From an uncultured Lachnospira sp. (GTDB lineage: Bacteria > Bacillota > Clostridia > Lachnospirales > Lachnospiraceae), in contig CAJUBU010000002.1 of NCBI GenBank assembly GCA_910585095.1, positions 76,622 through 140,621 of the forward strand: DNA of 64,000 nucleotides, given 5' to 3'. Position numbers and translations under genes: made by a program. Of this stretch, positions 31,201 through 39,777 are shown one piece after another; position 1 is the first letter of the stretch, and the number at the start of each line of letters is the position of its first letter. The notes beneath the pieces are model-generated. The model was not told where the DNA came from. It worked only from the letters and a program-made list of their open reading frames with translations, and searched no databases.

Positions 31201-31661
31201 TTTGCCAATTCATACATATATTTTTCATCAATTTCTTTGGCTTTATACTCTTCCAAAATTTCTACAAGTTCGTTATTTGATGCCCCTTGTGCCTTTTTTA
31301 AATTATATTGTAAAATATATCGATTGACATCATGCGAAGACATCTTTTCATACTCATCATACAACCCTTGCGCCTCATCAAGCTGTTCCAATTTAATTAA
31401 AAGTTCTGTCAACTTATATACAAGCTTTCGACCGCCAAGATTACGGTTGTATGCTAAAATAGCCATATCTCTTGCTTCTTCATAATCACCAACTGCTTCA
31501 TGAACACTGATAGCTGCTGCTAATGCAGACCAATCTTTAACTTTGTGCCAGCTCATACTTTTAGCCATCTCTGCCGCTTCTTTGTATGACTTAATTGAAG
31601 CTAATCTTTTTATTTCTTCTATTTTTAAATTTAATTCATATTTATCCAATCCAGACGCCAC
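28293..31661 (-). CDS. Giant TPR / acidic low-complexity / SpoVK-CbbX-like AAA+ protein with degenerate Walker motifs
   Basis: N-terminal TPR-like helices. About 650 aa are rich in E/K/Q/N/D. The C-terminal block aligns to the SpoVK pattern (NILITGNSSSDKTDLARNIV ... VLIVEGAGSI ... NFNPDLVNMFNHRIVLKQYTVNEL). Confidence 0.6.
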   Translation of the reverse strand: MASGLDKYELNLKIEEIKRLASIKSYKEAAEMAKSMSWHKVKDWSALAAAISVHEAVGDYEEARDMAILAYNRNLGGRKLVYKLTELLIKLEQLDEAQGLYDEYEKMSSHDVNRYILQYNLKKAQGASNNELVEILEEYKAKEIDEKYMYELAKLYSKTGRTNECIEACDELALLFQDGKYVEKAMLLKSKVGGELTKHQTKQLEQAKKKDSKISRDLLFEQQSELTRMQHDDIDEVLEEDEKKSRGLLGLFSKPASKPLPKEAIDIYENEQNSESTKDKSQKKNPFMDNKIDNKTEKEDVKEKADTANSNVTYNLREFVLAKVRESEEKRMKEQQPEELETFELPEKEEKSEITDVDSQAHISENNKYVDNEKINNINEETNHFDRMSGSSIVNDSDKMNHSNNISDLNKNHEQEQIKTQEHQQTTIAVESDILQNQENVKSTVKKDTGEIPESLMKLISNARKSIDTSYNEMNKEHEQERIKKEREKQEQLMREREDKMVIEEVKMPDDNIYDTQNLQETIAQTLAEFLDDDIEKLRPNITPSNKEEDSNLEGYSDNEQIEGQMNLADWMESVREQKYGQQSTREFSKQELMRMLEEKDEKSAAYEMLMKKQKQEAQNSTDIDFDDAKKKEYIQMLVDSVKTDLAFRTGKATRSLEDEIIRLIHSPYIQENIKESIKQIESNGTIDKFVDVNTIDSAGAKTKKISNNTDKISEEEISEVLLHTIQMQVVSDELLRKYVTKELEKQSQNTTNESLNKNEQIEDDLVQKQSVLDNDDFDKQQVDEGFSNKQFPTEESLNEQISEEYISEEQFVEESVLQEQLSNESYLEEQFVERDLSSESFSDESRKIRRPQLVESIDEYEEGEFAENLKLEGELAKIFRKYREMPGIESQLAAYFASIDDEMNMVDSSVGNILITGNSSSDKTDLARNIVRALNYLYPEVPKKIAKTTGDSINHRGIAKAMSKLRGTVLIVEGAGSIQPKRIEELMDCLEQNTGRMIVIFEDSDAQMNVLLNFNPDLVNMFNHRIVLKQYTVNELVEMARKFARKRQYEVDDDALLALYLKINELHSMTDNIKLDDIKEIINKAIAHSEKRAARRFFGGVKKKRGEQGDIFFLSEADFKD

Positions 31662-31787
31662 CTTTTCTATTTAAACATAAGTAGTTACAGTTTAACATAC
31701 TAAAAAAATGTTGTAAATAAGTAGTCCCTTTACAATTAAGTTAAGAATTATAAATTTTTTATAATGTAATAAAAAATTGCAGATTTT

Positions 31788-32384
31788 TTACAATTCGATT
31801 CTGCCTTCCAATGCACGTAACAAGGTCACTTCATCAATATATTCCAAATCTCCTCCAACTGGTACACCGCTTGCAATTCTTGTCACCTTAATTCCTGTCG
31901 GTTTAATTAACTTACTTAGATACATCGCCGTTGTCTCACCTTCAAGACTTGAATTTGTCGCAATAATTACTTCGTCAATATCCGTCTCAAGTCGTTTTAT
32001 AAGTTCTTTTATTTTTATATCAGATGGTCCAATTCCTAACATTGGGCTAATTGCACCATGCAATACATGATACACACCCTCATATTTTCCAGTTTTTTCA
32101 TAGGCAGCTAAATCCCTTGTCTGTTCTACTACCATAATCATTCTATGATTTCTCTTTTCATTGCGACATATTGGACACACTTCTTCATCGGTAAGTGTAA
32201 AACATTCTTTACAATACCTCACATTCGATTTTGCATCAGTTATTGCCCTTGTCAAACTGTTCACTTCTTCCTCTGGCATGTGAATAATGTGAAATGCCAG
32301 GCGTTGTGCACTTTTAGCTCCAACACCTGGTAATCTTGACAACTGTTCAATTAAATTATTAATATGGTTACTGTAAATATCCAT
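31788..32384 (-). CDS. recR: Recombination protein RecR
   Basis: HhH N-terminus, C4 zinc finger (CKEC...CPIC) and Toprim domain. Length is 198 aa. Confidence 0.95.
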   Translation of the reverse strand: MDIYSNHINNLIEQLSRLPGVGAKSAQRLAFHIIHMPEEEVNSLTRAITDAKSNVRYCKECFTLTDEEVCPICRNEKRNHRMIMVVEQTRDLAAYEKTGKYEGVYHVLHGAISPMLGIGPSDIKIKELIKRLETDIDEVIIATNSSLEGETTAMYLSKLIKPTGIKVTRIASGVPVGGDLEYIDEVTLLRALEGRIEL

Positions 32385-32743
32385 CAGAATAATCCTCCGC
32401 CTAGACCTCCAAGTCCAGACAAACCGCCTGTAATTTTTGACATTGAAGCAGCCGATTCTTCTTCACATTTGCGCAATGCTTCATTGATAGCCGCCATAAT
32501 AAGGTCTTCAAGCATCTCCACATCATCTGGGTCAACAGCTTCAGGATCTATCTTTACCTTTGTCACTTCTCTTTTTCCTGTAACGGTCACTTCCACAGCT
32601 TTCCCGCCTGCTGCCGCTGTAAATTCTTTCCCTTCAAACTCTGCCTGCTGTGTCTCCATCTGCCTTTGCATTCTCTGTGCCTGCTTCATTAAATTATTCA
32701 TATTTCCAGGCATACCGCCAGGAAATCCGCCTCTTTTTGCCAT
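32384..32743 (-). CDS. ybaB: Nucleoid-associated protein YbaB/EbfC
   Basis: 119 aa with the typical NMNNLMKQAQRMQ start. Lies between dnaX and recR. Confidence 0.9.
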   Translation of the reverse strand: MAKRGGFPGGMPGNMNNLMKQAQRMQRQMETQQAEFEGKEFTAAAGGKAVEVTVTGKREVTKVKIDPEAVDPDDVEMLEDLIMAAINEALRKCEEESAASMSKITGGLSGLGGLGGGLF

Positions 32744-34398
32744 CAGATTAAATCCTCCTTATCATCTATTTCTATCTCCATATGAACCAACTCGGTTATA
32801 TCAATAAATCGGTTTTGAAAATCCTCATTACTTTTTAATTTTGTTATAATAACATCTGCATGAACGCCCGTTCTTTCTTCTATTACATTTTCAAGCCAAG
32901 CTTTGTCTTCCTCTCTTGAAAGCGCACCGTATGCTACTGTTGACTCTACCATAATTTCAAGACTCTTATTATCTTGTGCTAATGTCACATGGGCCTGTTT
33001 TAAATGCTGCGCTAACAATGGCTCTTCTATTGAATTGACAATAGTCATCCATTTTTTTGCAATTTCTTTAATATCATCTGGCAAAGCTTGAACAACACGT
33101 TCTTTCTCAGCCTGAATATTCTCTTTATTATATGCTGTATGTTCTCTATCTATTTTAAAATTTGATGTCTCTGGAAAAAAATCTGCCTTCGACACCATTG
33201 CCTGCAATTTTTCATTCAAATTTTTATCCGCTTTTTCTAACTGATTTTCAAGAGTTGAAACCCTTGCAGACAACTCAATAACATCATTTTCATGTTCCAT
33301 TGAAGGTCTGCACAATTTAATAAATGCAACCTCCGCTTTTATTCTTTTTTGTGTGGCATGTTTGATGTCATTTGACAAATCAGAAAGCACTCTTATATAG
33401 CGCATCAAAAGTCCATCATCAATTTTATTTGCATCATCTGCAAGCTGCATTAAATGCTCTGATGACATATCAATAATATCTTGCAAAGCGACTATATTAT
33501 CGGTTGTTTTTACAAGCAGCATATTTCTAAGATACCATACAAAATCTGATACAAATTGTGTAATTTCCTTGCCTTTCATAATTATATTTTCAATAAGCTG
33601 CATACATCCTGCCACATCGGATGCAAGGATACATTTTAACATCGATTCAAACACTTCTGTATCAACTGCACCAAGCACTTTTAACACATTTTCATATGTG
33701 ATTTCCTGCCCTAAATAAAATGCAATACACTGGTCAAGCAAACTAAGCGCATCACGCATAGAACCGTCTGCCGCTTTTGCCACATACCTTATTGCTCTCT
33801 TTTCCACAACAACTTGTTCTTCCTTCATAAGCTCAGAAAGTCTGTCTGCAATAATATCAATTGTAATTCGATGAAAATCATACCTTTGACATCTTGAAAG
33901 AATCGTTATTGGAATCATATGTGCCTCTGTTGTCGCCAAAATAAATATTACATAGGATGGTGGCTCCTCAAGAGTCTTTAAAAGTGCATTAAATGCACCT
34001 ATTGAAAGCATATGCACCTCATCAATAATATACACCTTAAATTTGCCTTCTGTTGGAGAATATTGCACTTCTTCTCGAATTTGGCGGATATTATCCACAC
34101 CATTATTAGAAGCCGCATCAATTTCTATTACATTCATAGAAGTGCCTGCTGCAATTGCTTTGCAAACCGAACATTCTCCGCAAGGATTTCCATCAACAGG
34201 TTTTTCACAGTTGACTGCCTTTGCAAAAATCTTTGCTACAGTCGTTTTTCCTGTACCTCTTGTGCCACAAAATAAATAAGCATGACCAATTCTATCAAGT
34301 TTAATCTGATTTTGTAAAGTTGTTACAATATGTTCCTGCCCTTTGACATCGTTAAAATTATTGGGACGCCACTTTCTGTAAAGTGCCTGATATGCCAT
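32743..34398 (-). CDS. dnaX: DNA polymerase III subunit gamma/tau
   Basis: AAA+ clamp-loader motifs (GTRGTGKTT, IIDEVHML, SRCQRYDF) and a zinc module CGECSVC. Confidence 0.95.
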   Translation of the reverse strand: MAYQALYRKWRPNNFNDVKGQEHIVTTLQNQIKLDRIGHAYLFCGTRGTGKTTVAKIFAKAVNCEKPVDGNPCGECSVCKAIAAGTSMNVIEIDAASNNGVDNIRQIREEVQYSPTEGKFKVYIIDEVHMLSIGAFNALLKTLEEPPSYVIFILATTEAHMIPITILSRCQRYDFHRITIDIIADRLSELMKEEQVVVEKRAIRYVAKAADGSMRDALSLLDQCIAFYLGQEITYENVLKVLGAVDTEVFESMLKCILASDVAGCMQLIENIIMKGKEITQFVSDFVWYLRNMLLVKTTDNIVALQDIIDMSSEHLMQLADDANKIDDGLLMRYIRVLSDLSNDIKHATQKRIKAEVAFIKLCRPSMEHENDVIELSARVSTLENQLEKADKNLNEKLQAMVSKADFFPETSNFKIDREHTAYNKENIQAEKERVVQALPDDIKEIAKKWMTIVNSIEEPLLAQHLKQAHVTLAQDNKSLEIMVESTVAYGALSREEDKAWLENVIEERTGVHADVIITKLKSNEDFQNRFIDITELVHMEIEIDDKEDLI

Positions 34399-34459
34399 AG
34401 TGTTCCTTTCATGTTTTGCTGTTTATGCAATTTATACATTATAAAATCACATTATAAAA

Positions 34460-34722
34460 CCGCGCATCTGATATCGAACGCTAGCCCACAGACGTTACCG
34501 ATACAGTTAGCTCGATTCAGGCACCCTTTCGGCACACGAAAGGTTTCACTTAATGCTGCTTCATTCCTGACCTGACATGATTCATGAATTTCCGTTGCGA
34601 AAGACCCAAATGTCAACACCACTTTTATCGGGCTGCTCCATAAACTATCGCCCTCCACCAGACATCACCCCTGCTATAGCGGATTGCAGGTACAAGGTGC
34701 CGCTACTACCCCGGCTGCGCGG
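34460..34722 (-). ncRNA. ffs: Signal recognition particle RNA, large Bacillus/Clostridium type with Alu domain
   Basis: The minus strand reads ...GUCAGGUCAGGAAUGAAGCAGC..., matching the conserved SRP domain IV. The termini pair (CCGCGCA / UGCGCGG). It lies immediately upstream of dnaX, as in B. subtilis scr. Ends are approximate (+/-10 nt). Confidence 0.8.
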
Positions 34723-34937
34723 TATAAATTATTATACATAATATAAGGTAAAAGTGTCAAGTAGTAACAAACATATGATTTAAATTTTTATAAGCCATTT
34801 GTATATAATCAATATATTTTTTATATATTTTATAAAACTTTTCAATAAATCTTTGTACATGCCTTTGCTATTAAACAACCATTGGGAGCAGCACTAAAAT
34901 ACTACTCCCAATATATATATCTAAAAATATATTTGCT

Positions 34938-36587
34938 CTATTGACTATAATCCAAACTATTTCTTTTCCTGTTCTGTTCATTTCGCTTCTCATAGCCTTG
35001 TGCTAACTTTTTTTTATCTAATATCTTTAAATGTCCAGCAGTAAAAATTAATTCTGCCTGTATACATATCAATCCAGAAGATGTCATAACAAAATCTAAA
35101 ATGGAATTAAGCACAATCACAATTATAATCGCCTCACTTGGAATACCTAATTGTGCAAACATAACTATAAAAATAAAAAGCGCTCCATTTGGAATCGGAG
35201 GTGCTGCCATAGCCAAAAAACCTGCTGTCAAAACAGCGGTTATCAGCCATATGATTGTAATCTCTATATCATAATATTCTGCCATACATAAAGCTATGGC
35301 AAGAAAACTAATGACTGCACCTGGTTTATAAATCATCTGTCCCAATTGAATTGCAAAATTTGCTATCTTATTTGGGATTCCAAGTCGAACGGTACAAGTT
35401 TCAAGATTGGTAGCGAAAGCTGCCGCAGAAGAACCTGTTAACAAGGCAATAAAATATGTAGGGAGCTGTTTTTTTACCAGTAAAATAGGATTTATCTGAA
35501 ATTTTGCCGCTACCATAATCACATAAAACAGTATAAGAAGCAAACAAGCAGGTATTGCAAGCGCAAAAACTTTTACAATTCCCCAAAAATTCACTCTGCT
35601 ATCAAACAGCAGCAGATTAAAAATGCTTAAAAATACAAAAACAGGAACAAACTTTCCGATTACTTCCATCAGAAAACGCACTACTTCATTTGCCTGTACT
35701 ATAACATCCCGAAACGCTGACGCCCTTTGTTCCAAGATAAGCAATACTATGCCAATACATCCACCTAAGAAGATAATCTGCAAAGCATTTCCTTCCAAAA
35801 AAGGCGATATAATATCAGATGGTATAATTCCTAGCACCATTGCATAAATATCCTCAAAACCACCAAAAGCCGCTTTGTTTTTTCCCCATACAATCTTAAA
35901 AAAAGGACTTGCCAGCAGAATAAATGCAGTACCAACGGCAAATGTACTAATTACCATTCTTATAATGAACCGCTTTCCGATTTTTCCCATAATTGTAAAA
36001 TCTCCAATGCTGATAATTCCCCAGCAAACTGCAAGAAATATCATCGGGGAAGAAATTGCCTGCAATATATCAAGAATGGTATTGAAAAATGGTTCTGTAA
36101 TTCCAATAGCAATATCTTTTACCCCCTCTGGAAGAATCCTTATAATGCCTCCAAGAAAGAGCGCAGCCAAAATTGCAATTGCCAGTCCTGCCATCTTCCT
36201 GATATGAGCCTTTGGAGGAGGACAACATATTAAACAATTTCTTCCATTTTTATAAGAATAGTTAAGAGCAAGCCCTGCCTGTGACAGAATTTGGCTACCA
36301 AGCAGAAAACCTTGTGCTTCTTCATCAATGCTAATCTGCATCCCCTCCACACACACCTCAATAGTAAGTCTTCCAAATTTCTGCACCGTTTTATACAAAA
36401 CAAACATGCCTTCTAATTTTTCCAGCCATGTTCCTAAAACTTCTTCTAAAGACCGACGGATACGGATAACATCCCTTTTGTCTGTCCCTGCTTCTTTTAA
36501 AGCTCTGGCAAATAATCGTGACAATCGGTCGATTGTCTCTGCCGATAATATAAATTCTCTTTTGCATTGTCGCATTATAAATGTCAC
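34938..36587 (-). CDS. Dicarboxylate/amino acid:cation symporter (DAACS) family transporter with an extra N-terminal cytoplasmic domain of about 130 aa
   Basis: The C-terminal 400 aa or so show the DAACS-type multi-TM/hairpin pattern. The N-terminal soluble extension has no obvious motif. Confidence 0.7.
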   Translation of the reverse strand: MTFIMRQCKREFILSAETIDRLSRLFARALKEAGTDKRDVIRIRRSLEEVLGTWLEKLEGMFVLYKTVQKFGRLTIEVCVEGMQISIDEEAQGFLLGSQILSQAGLALNYSYKNGRNCLICCPPPKAHIRKMAGLAIAILAALFLGGIIRILPEGVKDIAIGITEPFFNTILDILQAISSPMIFLAVCWGIISIGDFTIMGKIGKRFIIRMVISTFAVGTAFILLASPFFKIVWGKNKAAFGGFEDIYAMVLGIIPSDIISPFLEGNALQIIFLGGCIGIVLLILEQRASAFRDVIVQANEVVRFLMEVIGKFVPVFVFLSIFNLLLFDSRVNFWGIVKVFALAIPACLLLILFYVIMVAAKFQINPILLVKKQLPTYFIALLTGSSAAAFATNLETCTVRLGIPNKIANFAIQLGQMIYKPGAVISFLAIALCMAEYYDIEITIIWLITAVLTAGFLAMAAPPIPNGALFIFIVMFAQLGIPSEAIIIVIVLNSILDFVMTSSGLICIQAELIFTAGHLKILDKKKLAQGYEKRNEQNRKRNSLDYSQ

Positions 36588-36677
36588 CCGCTTTCTAATA
36601 TAAAAAACGAAGTCTCTTTTTTATGACATCCATTATTTTATCTATTTCTTTTTTATGTCTATTTGGATTCTTTTCTT

Positions 36678-37022
36678 CTAAAAATTACTTCCGTTCCAAC
36701 CCCATTTATAGCATTCTTCATATTTTACATAGATGCAGTCTTTCTTAATTTGAAGTTCTGTTTCATATATTTCACAAATCCTTTTTGTCATTCCATCAAG
36801 ACAATCTTCCGGAATTTTGCCAAACACCTTGATTTCTATCATAGCTAATGGCTGTGTATTTGCTCCTTTGAAATATAAATTACAATTATCTGCCAATTCC
36901 AACATAAGCCATTCTTCCGACTTTCCCGGAATCATAGCAATTGCGCTGCCCAGCTTTTCTTTTATCGTCTCCTTCTGCTGTTCTGTCATATCAATACTTA
37001 CTCTTGAATTTATAAATGGCAT
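36678..37022 (-). CDS. MIF/tautomerase-superfamily protein (Pro1 after Met)
   Basis: 114 aa starting MPF (catalytic Pro1 hallmark). Size and beta-alpha-beta pattern fit MIF/phenylpyruvate tautomerase-like proteins. A GAGGAGGAAAG RBS is present. Confidence 0.55.
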   Translation of the reverse strand: MPFINSRVSIDMTEQQKETIKEKLGSAIAMIPGKSEEWLMLELADNCNLYFKGANTQPLAMIEIKVFGKIPEDCLDGMTKRICEIYETELQIKKDCIYVKYEECYKWGWNGSNF

Positions 37023-37238
37023 AACTTTCCTCCTCTATCTTCAATATCTGTGTCAATCTACTTAAACTTTCATTGCAAACTATATTTATCAATAAAATAA
37101 AATTTATTTATTTTTTTACTTTCTGCTATTTTAACAATCCATGGTCTTTTATTGTCACAAGTATTCACAATGCTCCTCCTTTTTTAAAACTCAACTCAAA
37201 TAATATATACATAACAATTATTGCTACTCTTGTTTCGC

Positions 37239-37309
37239 TATATACCATATCAAAAAAAATACTTAAAAAGTGTATTTGGCATATTTGGTCACTTTTTTGG
37301 CATATTTGG
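37239..37309 (-). promoter_or_regulatory. Candidate LytTR operator (two 14-nt direct repeats, period 21) plus extended -10 promoter
   Basis: The plus strand has TTTGGCATATTTGG at 37275-37288 and 37296-37309. On the minus strand the proximal repeat ends 30 nt before TGgTATATA (-10 at 37239-37244). Confidence 0.45.
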
Positions 37310-37367
37310 CTAAAGAGATATTTATAATATTTATTAAAAGAAGAATATATTAACAACAATAGCCGTC

Positions 37368-38639
37368 TTATAGATTCAAGACAGCACAAGCTGAACAGAT
37401 TCCATTTTCCACCCTGTAATCTAAATTTCCATCATATTTTTGGCAAACAGCAAGAATACTAGATATACCAATACCTTTTGGAACAGGCAGACCGTCTGCA
37501 AGCTCCAGATTATCCAGGCAGGTATTGTTACAGACAATAAGAAGCCTGTCACTGTCCAAACGAATATAAATTTCAATATATGAGTTTTCTTTTTCAGCCT
37601 TCTGACAGCCATGCAAAGCATTTTCCAGCAAATTTCCAAAAAGGGCAATTAAATCAATATCTTTCACTGTTATTTTTTCCGGCACATTGCACCTGACAGA
37701 AAATTTAATACCGCTTTCCTCCACCTTGCCTGCATAAACAGAAAGAATCATGTTTATCATACTATTTATGGAATACTGTTTTACTGCCGCTTTTGAAATC
37801 TCAATGCTGTACTCTCTGACATAAGCAAGAATACTGGATACATCGTCGGCTTTTGCATATTCTGCAATTATTTTAAGGTGATGTCGTATATCATGACGAA
37901 ATCTCTGATGCATTTTCTCCGCATTCTGCAAAGTAGATATTTGTGCTGAAAGGTACTCTGCATTCTGGCGAACCAAAGCAGCCTCTGCATCCTTTTTCAT
38001 ATAGCTGATATTGCTAAAAACAACGCCATATACTGCACACATAAAAAAACTGACTACAACAAATATCAAAAACATAGATAACTTTGGCATCACACTCCAT
38101 GCTTTCAAAATAGTCAAAGCAGCTTGCAGCAAATAAAACATCAGAGCAATCAATACCAATTTCCACCACCTTCCCTTGCCAATATCTGCAATAGAACGAA
38201 CAACCGATGCCGCATACTTTTTATACAGCGCCAATATCAAAAGCAGCGCCGCCGTGCGAAGCACATTAGCCAGATAATACCTCACTGGAGCAGACAACTG
38301 TGACAAAAGCAAATCTATTATGAGACTTAGACTGTTATCTATGATGGAAAATAAGCCAAAATAAGTAAGAAATAAAAAACTCTTCTTAGAAAAGCACTCC
38401 TGAGAAACAATACAGAAAAAAAAGAACAGGCAGACTGCAATTCCTATGTATGTAAATATCGCATTTACACCCCTTATCGCATATGCGTACCCACCCATAC
38501 AGACAAAACTTGCTATATACAGACAGCTATAAAGTACAAATTTTCTTTTGGCATATCTAGATTCCAACATATGGTAAATAACAATCACATGACACAATGC
38601 TGTAAGAAACAATCCTGGTATCTGATATGGCACACTCAT
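37368..38639 (-). CDS. AgrC/ComD-like (HPK10) sensor histidine kinase, GHKL ATPase
   Basis: Six or seven N-terminal TM helices, H-box RFRHDIRHHL, N-box GNLLENALHG. Its start overlaps the regulator stop as ATGA. Confidence 0.8.
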   Translation of the reverse strand: MSVPYQIPGLFLTALCHVIVIYHMLESRYAKRKFVLYSCLYIASFVCMGGYAYAIRGVNAIFTYIGIAVCLFFFFCIVSQECFSKKSFLFLTYFGLFSIIDNSLSLIIDLLLSQLSAPVRYYLANVLRTAALLLILALYKKYAASVVRSIADIGKGRWWKLVLIALMFYLLQAALTILKAWSVMPKLSMFLIFVVVSFFMCAVYGVVFSNISYMKKDAEAALVRQNAEYLSAQISTLQNAEKMHQRFRHDIRHHLKIIAEYAKADDVSSILAYVREYSIEISKAAVKQYSINSMINMILSVYAGKVEESGIKFSVRCNVPEKITVKDIDLIALFGNLLENALHGCQKAEKENSYIEIYIRLDSDRLLIVCNNTCLDNLELADGLPVPKGIGISSILAVCQKYDGNLDYRVENGICSACAVLNL

Positions 38640-39364
38640 TGTAATGCCTCCTTCCTGCAAAAATCCATATATGCCCTCTGTACTTCTACACTGCTTCTTC
38701 TAGGAATGGGAATTTTTCCATTTGACAGTTCTATGATACTTGCAGAAACTTTCCGTACAAAAATAAAGTTAGCAATATAAGAAGCCCCAATCCGAATAAA
38801 CTCGGGATATTTCTTAAGTTCCTCATACATTTGAGTCAGTTTCCCACGCTGCCTAAGTATCTTCCCGTTAGAAAGATGAAAAAGCAGATAGTGTCCCTGT
38901 GATTCTATGGATACAATTTCACTAGTGCGTACACGATACATACCATCCACACATGTAAGAGAAAGCAATATTTCTTTTGGCATTTTTACAACAGCACGTT
39001 CAACAGCTGCATCGAATTGTTCCTGTGTAAAGGGTTTTAACAGATAATGGGTAGCATTCATTGCAAATGCCTCTACTGCATATTCATCGCTTGTTGTCAA
39101 AAAAATAATATTAGTGTCTGAAGACTTTGCAAGCATTTCCTTTGCAACATCTGTTCCAAGAATGCCAGGCATACAGATATCGAGAAGGGCAATGTCATAC
39201 GTTTTTTCCTTCTCCACAGCATTTAAAATATCAAACGCTGTATGATATTCATCCATATTAAAACATATTTCAGGATGAATTTCTCCATAAGTCCTTAGAG
39301 CCGTTTTAATGTTTTCCAGCTCATTTTGTATATCATCGCAAATTGCCACATTGAGCAATAACAT
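38636..39364 (-). CDS. LytTR-family response regulator
   Basis: Receiver (VAICDD ... IALLDICMPG) and a LytTR domain. The ATG at 39364 lies 6 nt after GGTGA. A sigma-A promoter is TTGAAA-18-TATAAT at 39551-39580 (minus). Confidence 0.85.
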   Translation of the reverse strand: MLLLNVAICDDIQNELENIKTALRTYGEIHPEICFNMDEYHTAFDILNAVEKEKTYDIALLDICMPGILGTDVAKEMLAKSSDTNIIFLTTSDEYAVEAFAMNATHYLLKPFTQEQFDAAVERAVVKMPKEILLSLTCVDGMYRVRTSEIVSIESQGHYLLFHLSNGKILRQRGKLTQMYEELKKYPEFIRIGASYIANFIFVRKVSASIIELSNGKIPIPRRSSVEVQRAYMDFCRKEALQ

Positions 39365-39613
39365 TCTTATCACCATCTTTTTAATAATTTTTTTAAGTAT
39401 ATCATATTTTTTTATACATAGCATAATAATTCAACAAAAACAAGATTGTTTTAAATATTTTTTTATATATTAACAAACAGTAAGAGTAAAAATATCACCC
39501 TCATTTTGAGTTATTATAAATGGAAACAATTTATAATTTGTATTATATTTATTATACTAAAAAAAATATAAGATTTTCAATAAGATTATTTTTAGTAAAT
39601 AGCATAAATTGAT

Positions 39614-39660
39614 GCAAAAAGCTGCTGTATGAAGCCTTACAATCTGCCTCACACAACAGC
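39614..39660 (-). terminator. Rho-independent terminator downstream of the FecR-domain gene
   Basis: On the minus strand, a 14-bp stem (CUGUUGUGUGAGGC / GCUUCAUACAGCAG, with three G-U pairs) and a loop of about 9 nt are followed by CUUUUUG. Confidence 0.6.
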
Positions 39661-39688
39661 CCTGCTATTTAAATTTAATATTTTAGTT

Positions 39689-39735
39689 AAGCGGATATTT
39701 GCAATTTGCTACACTGCTTGCTTAAACCAATTATT
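39689..39735. repeat. Dispersed intergenic repeat, copy 4
   Basis: AAGCGGATATTTGCAATTTGCTACACTGCTTGCTTAAACC aligns without gaps to copy 1. Lies between the stop codon and terminator of the FecR-domain gene. Confidence 0.55.
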
Positions 39736-39777
39736 ATACAAAATGATAAATGGTACAATTAATTATATAAATTATTC

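Noticed and set aside
39463-39504. 13-codon hydrophobic sORF (MRVIFLLLLFVNI) in the leader of the LytTR/AgrC-like operon, considered as a possible autoinducer-peptide precursor
   Set aside because: It has no Shine-Dalgarno and is far shorter than AgrD/ComC-type precursors. No AgrB-like or ABC-peptidase processing gene lies nearby.
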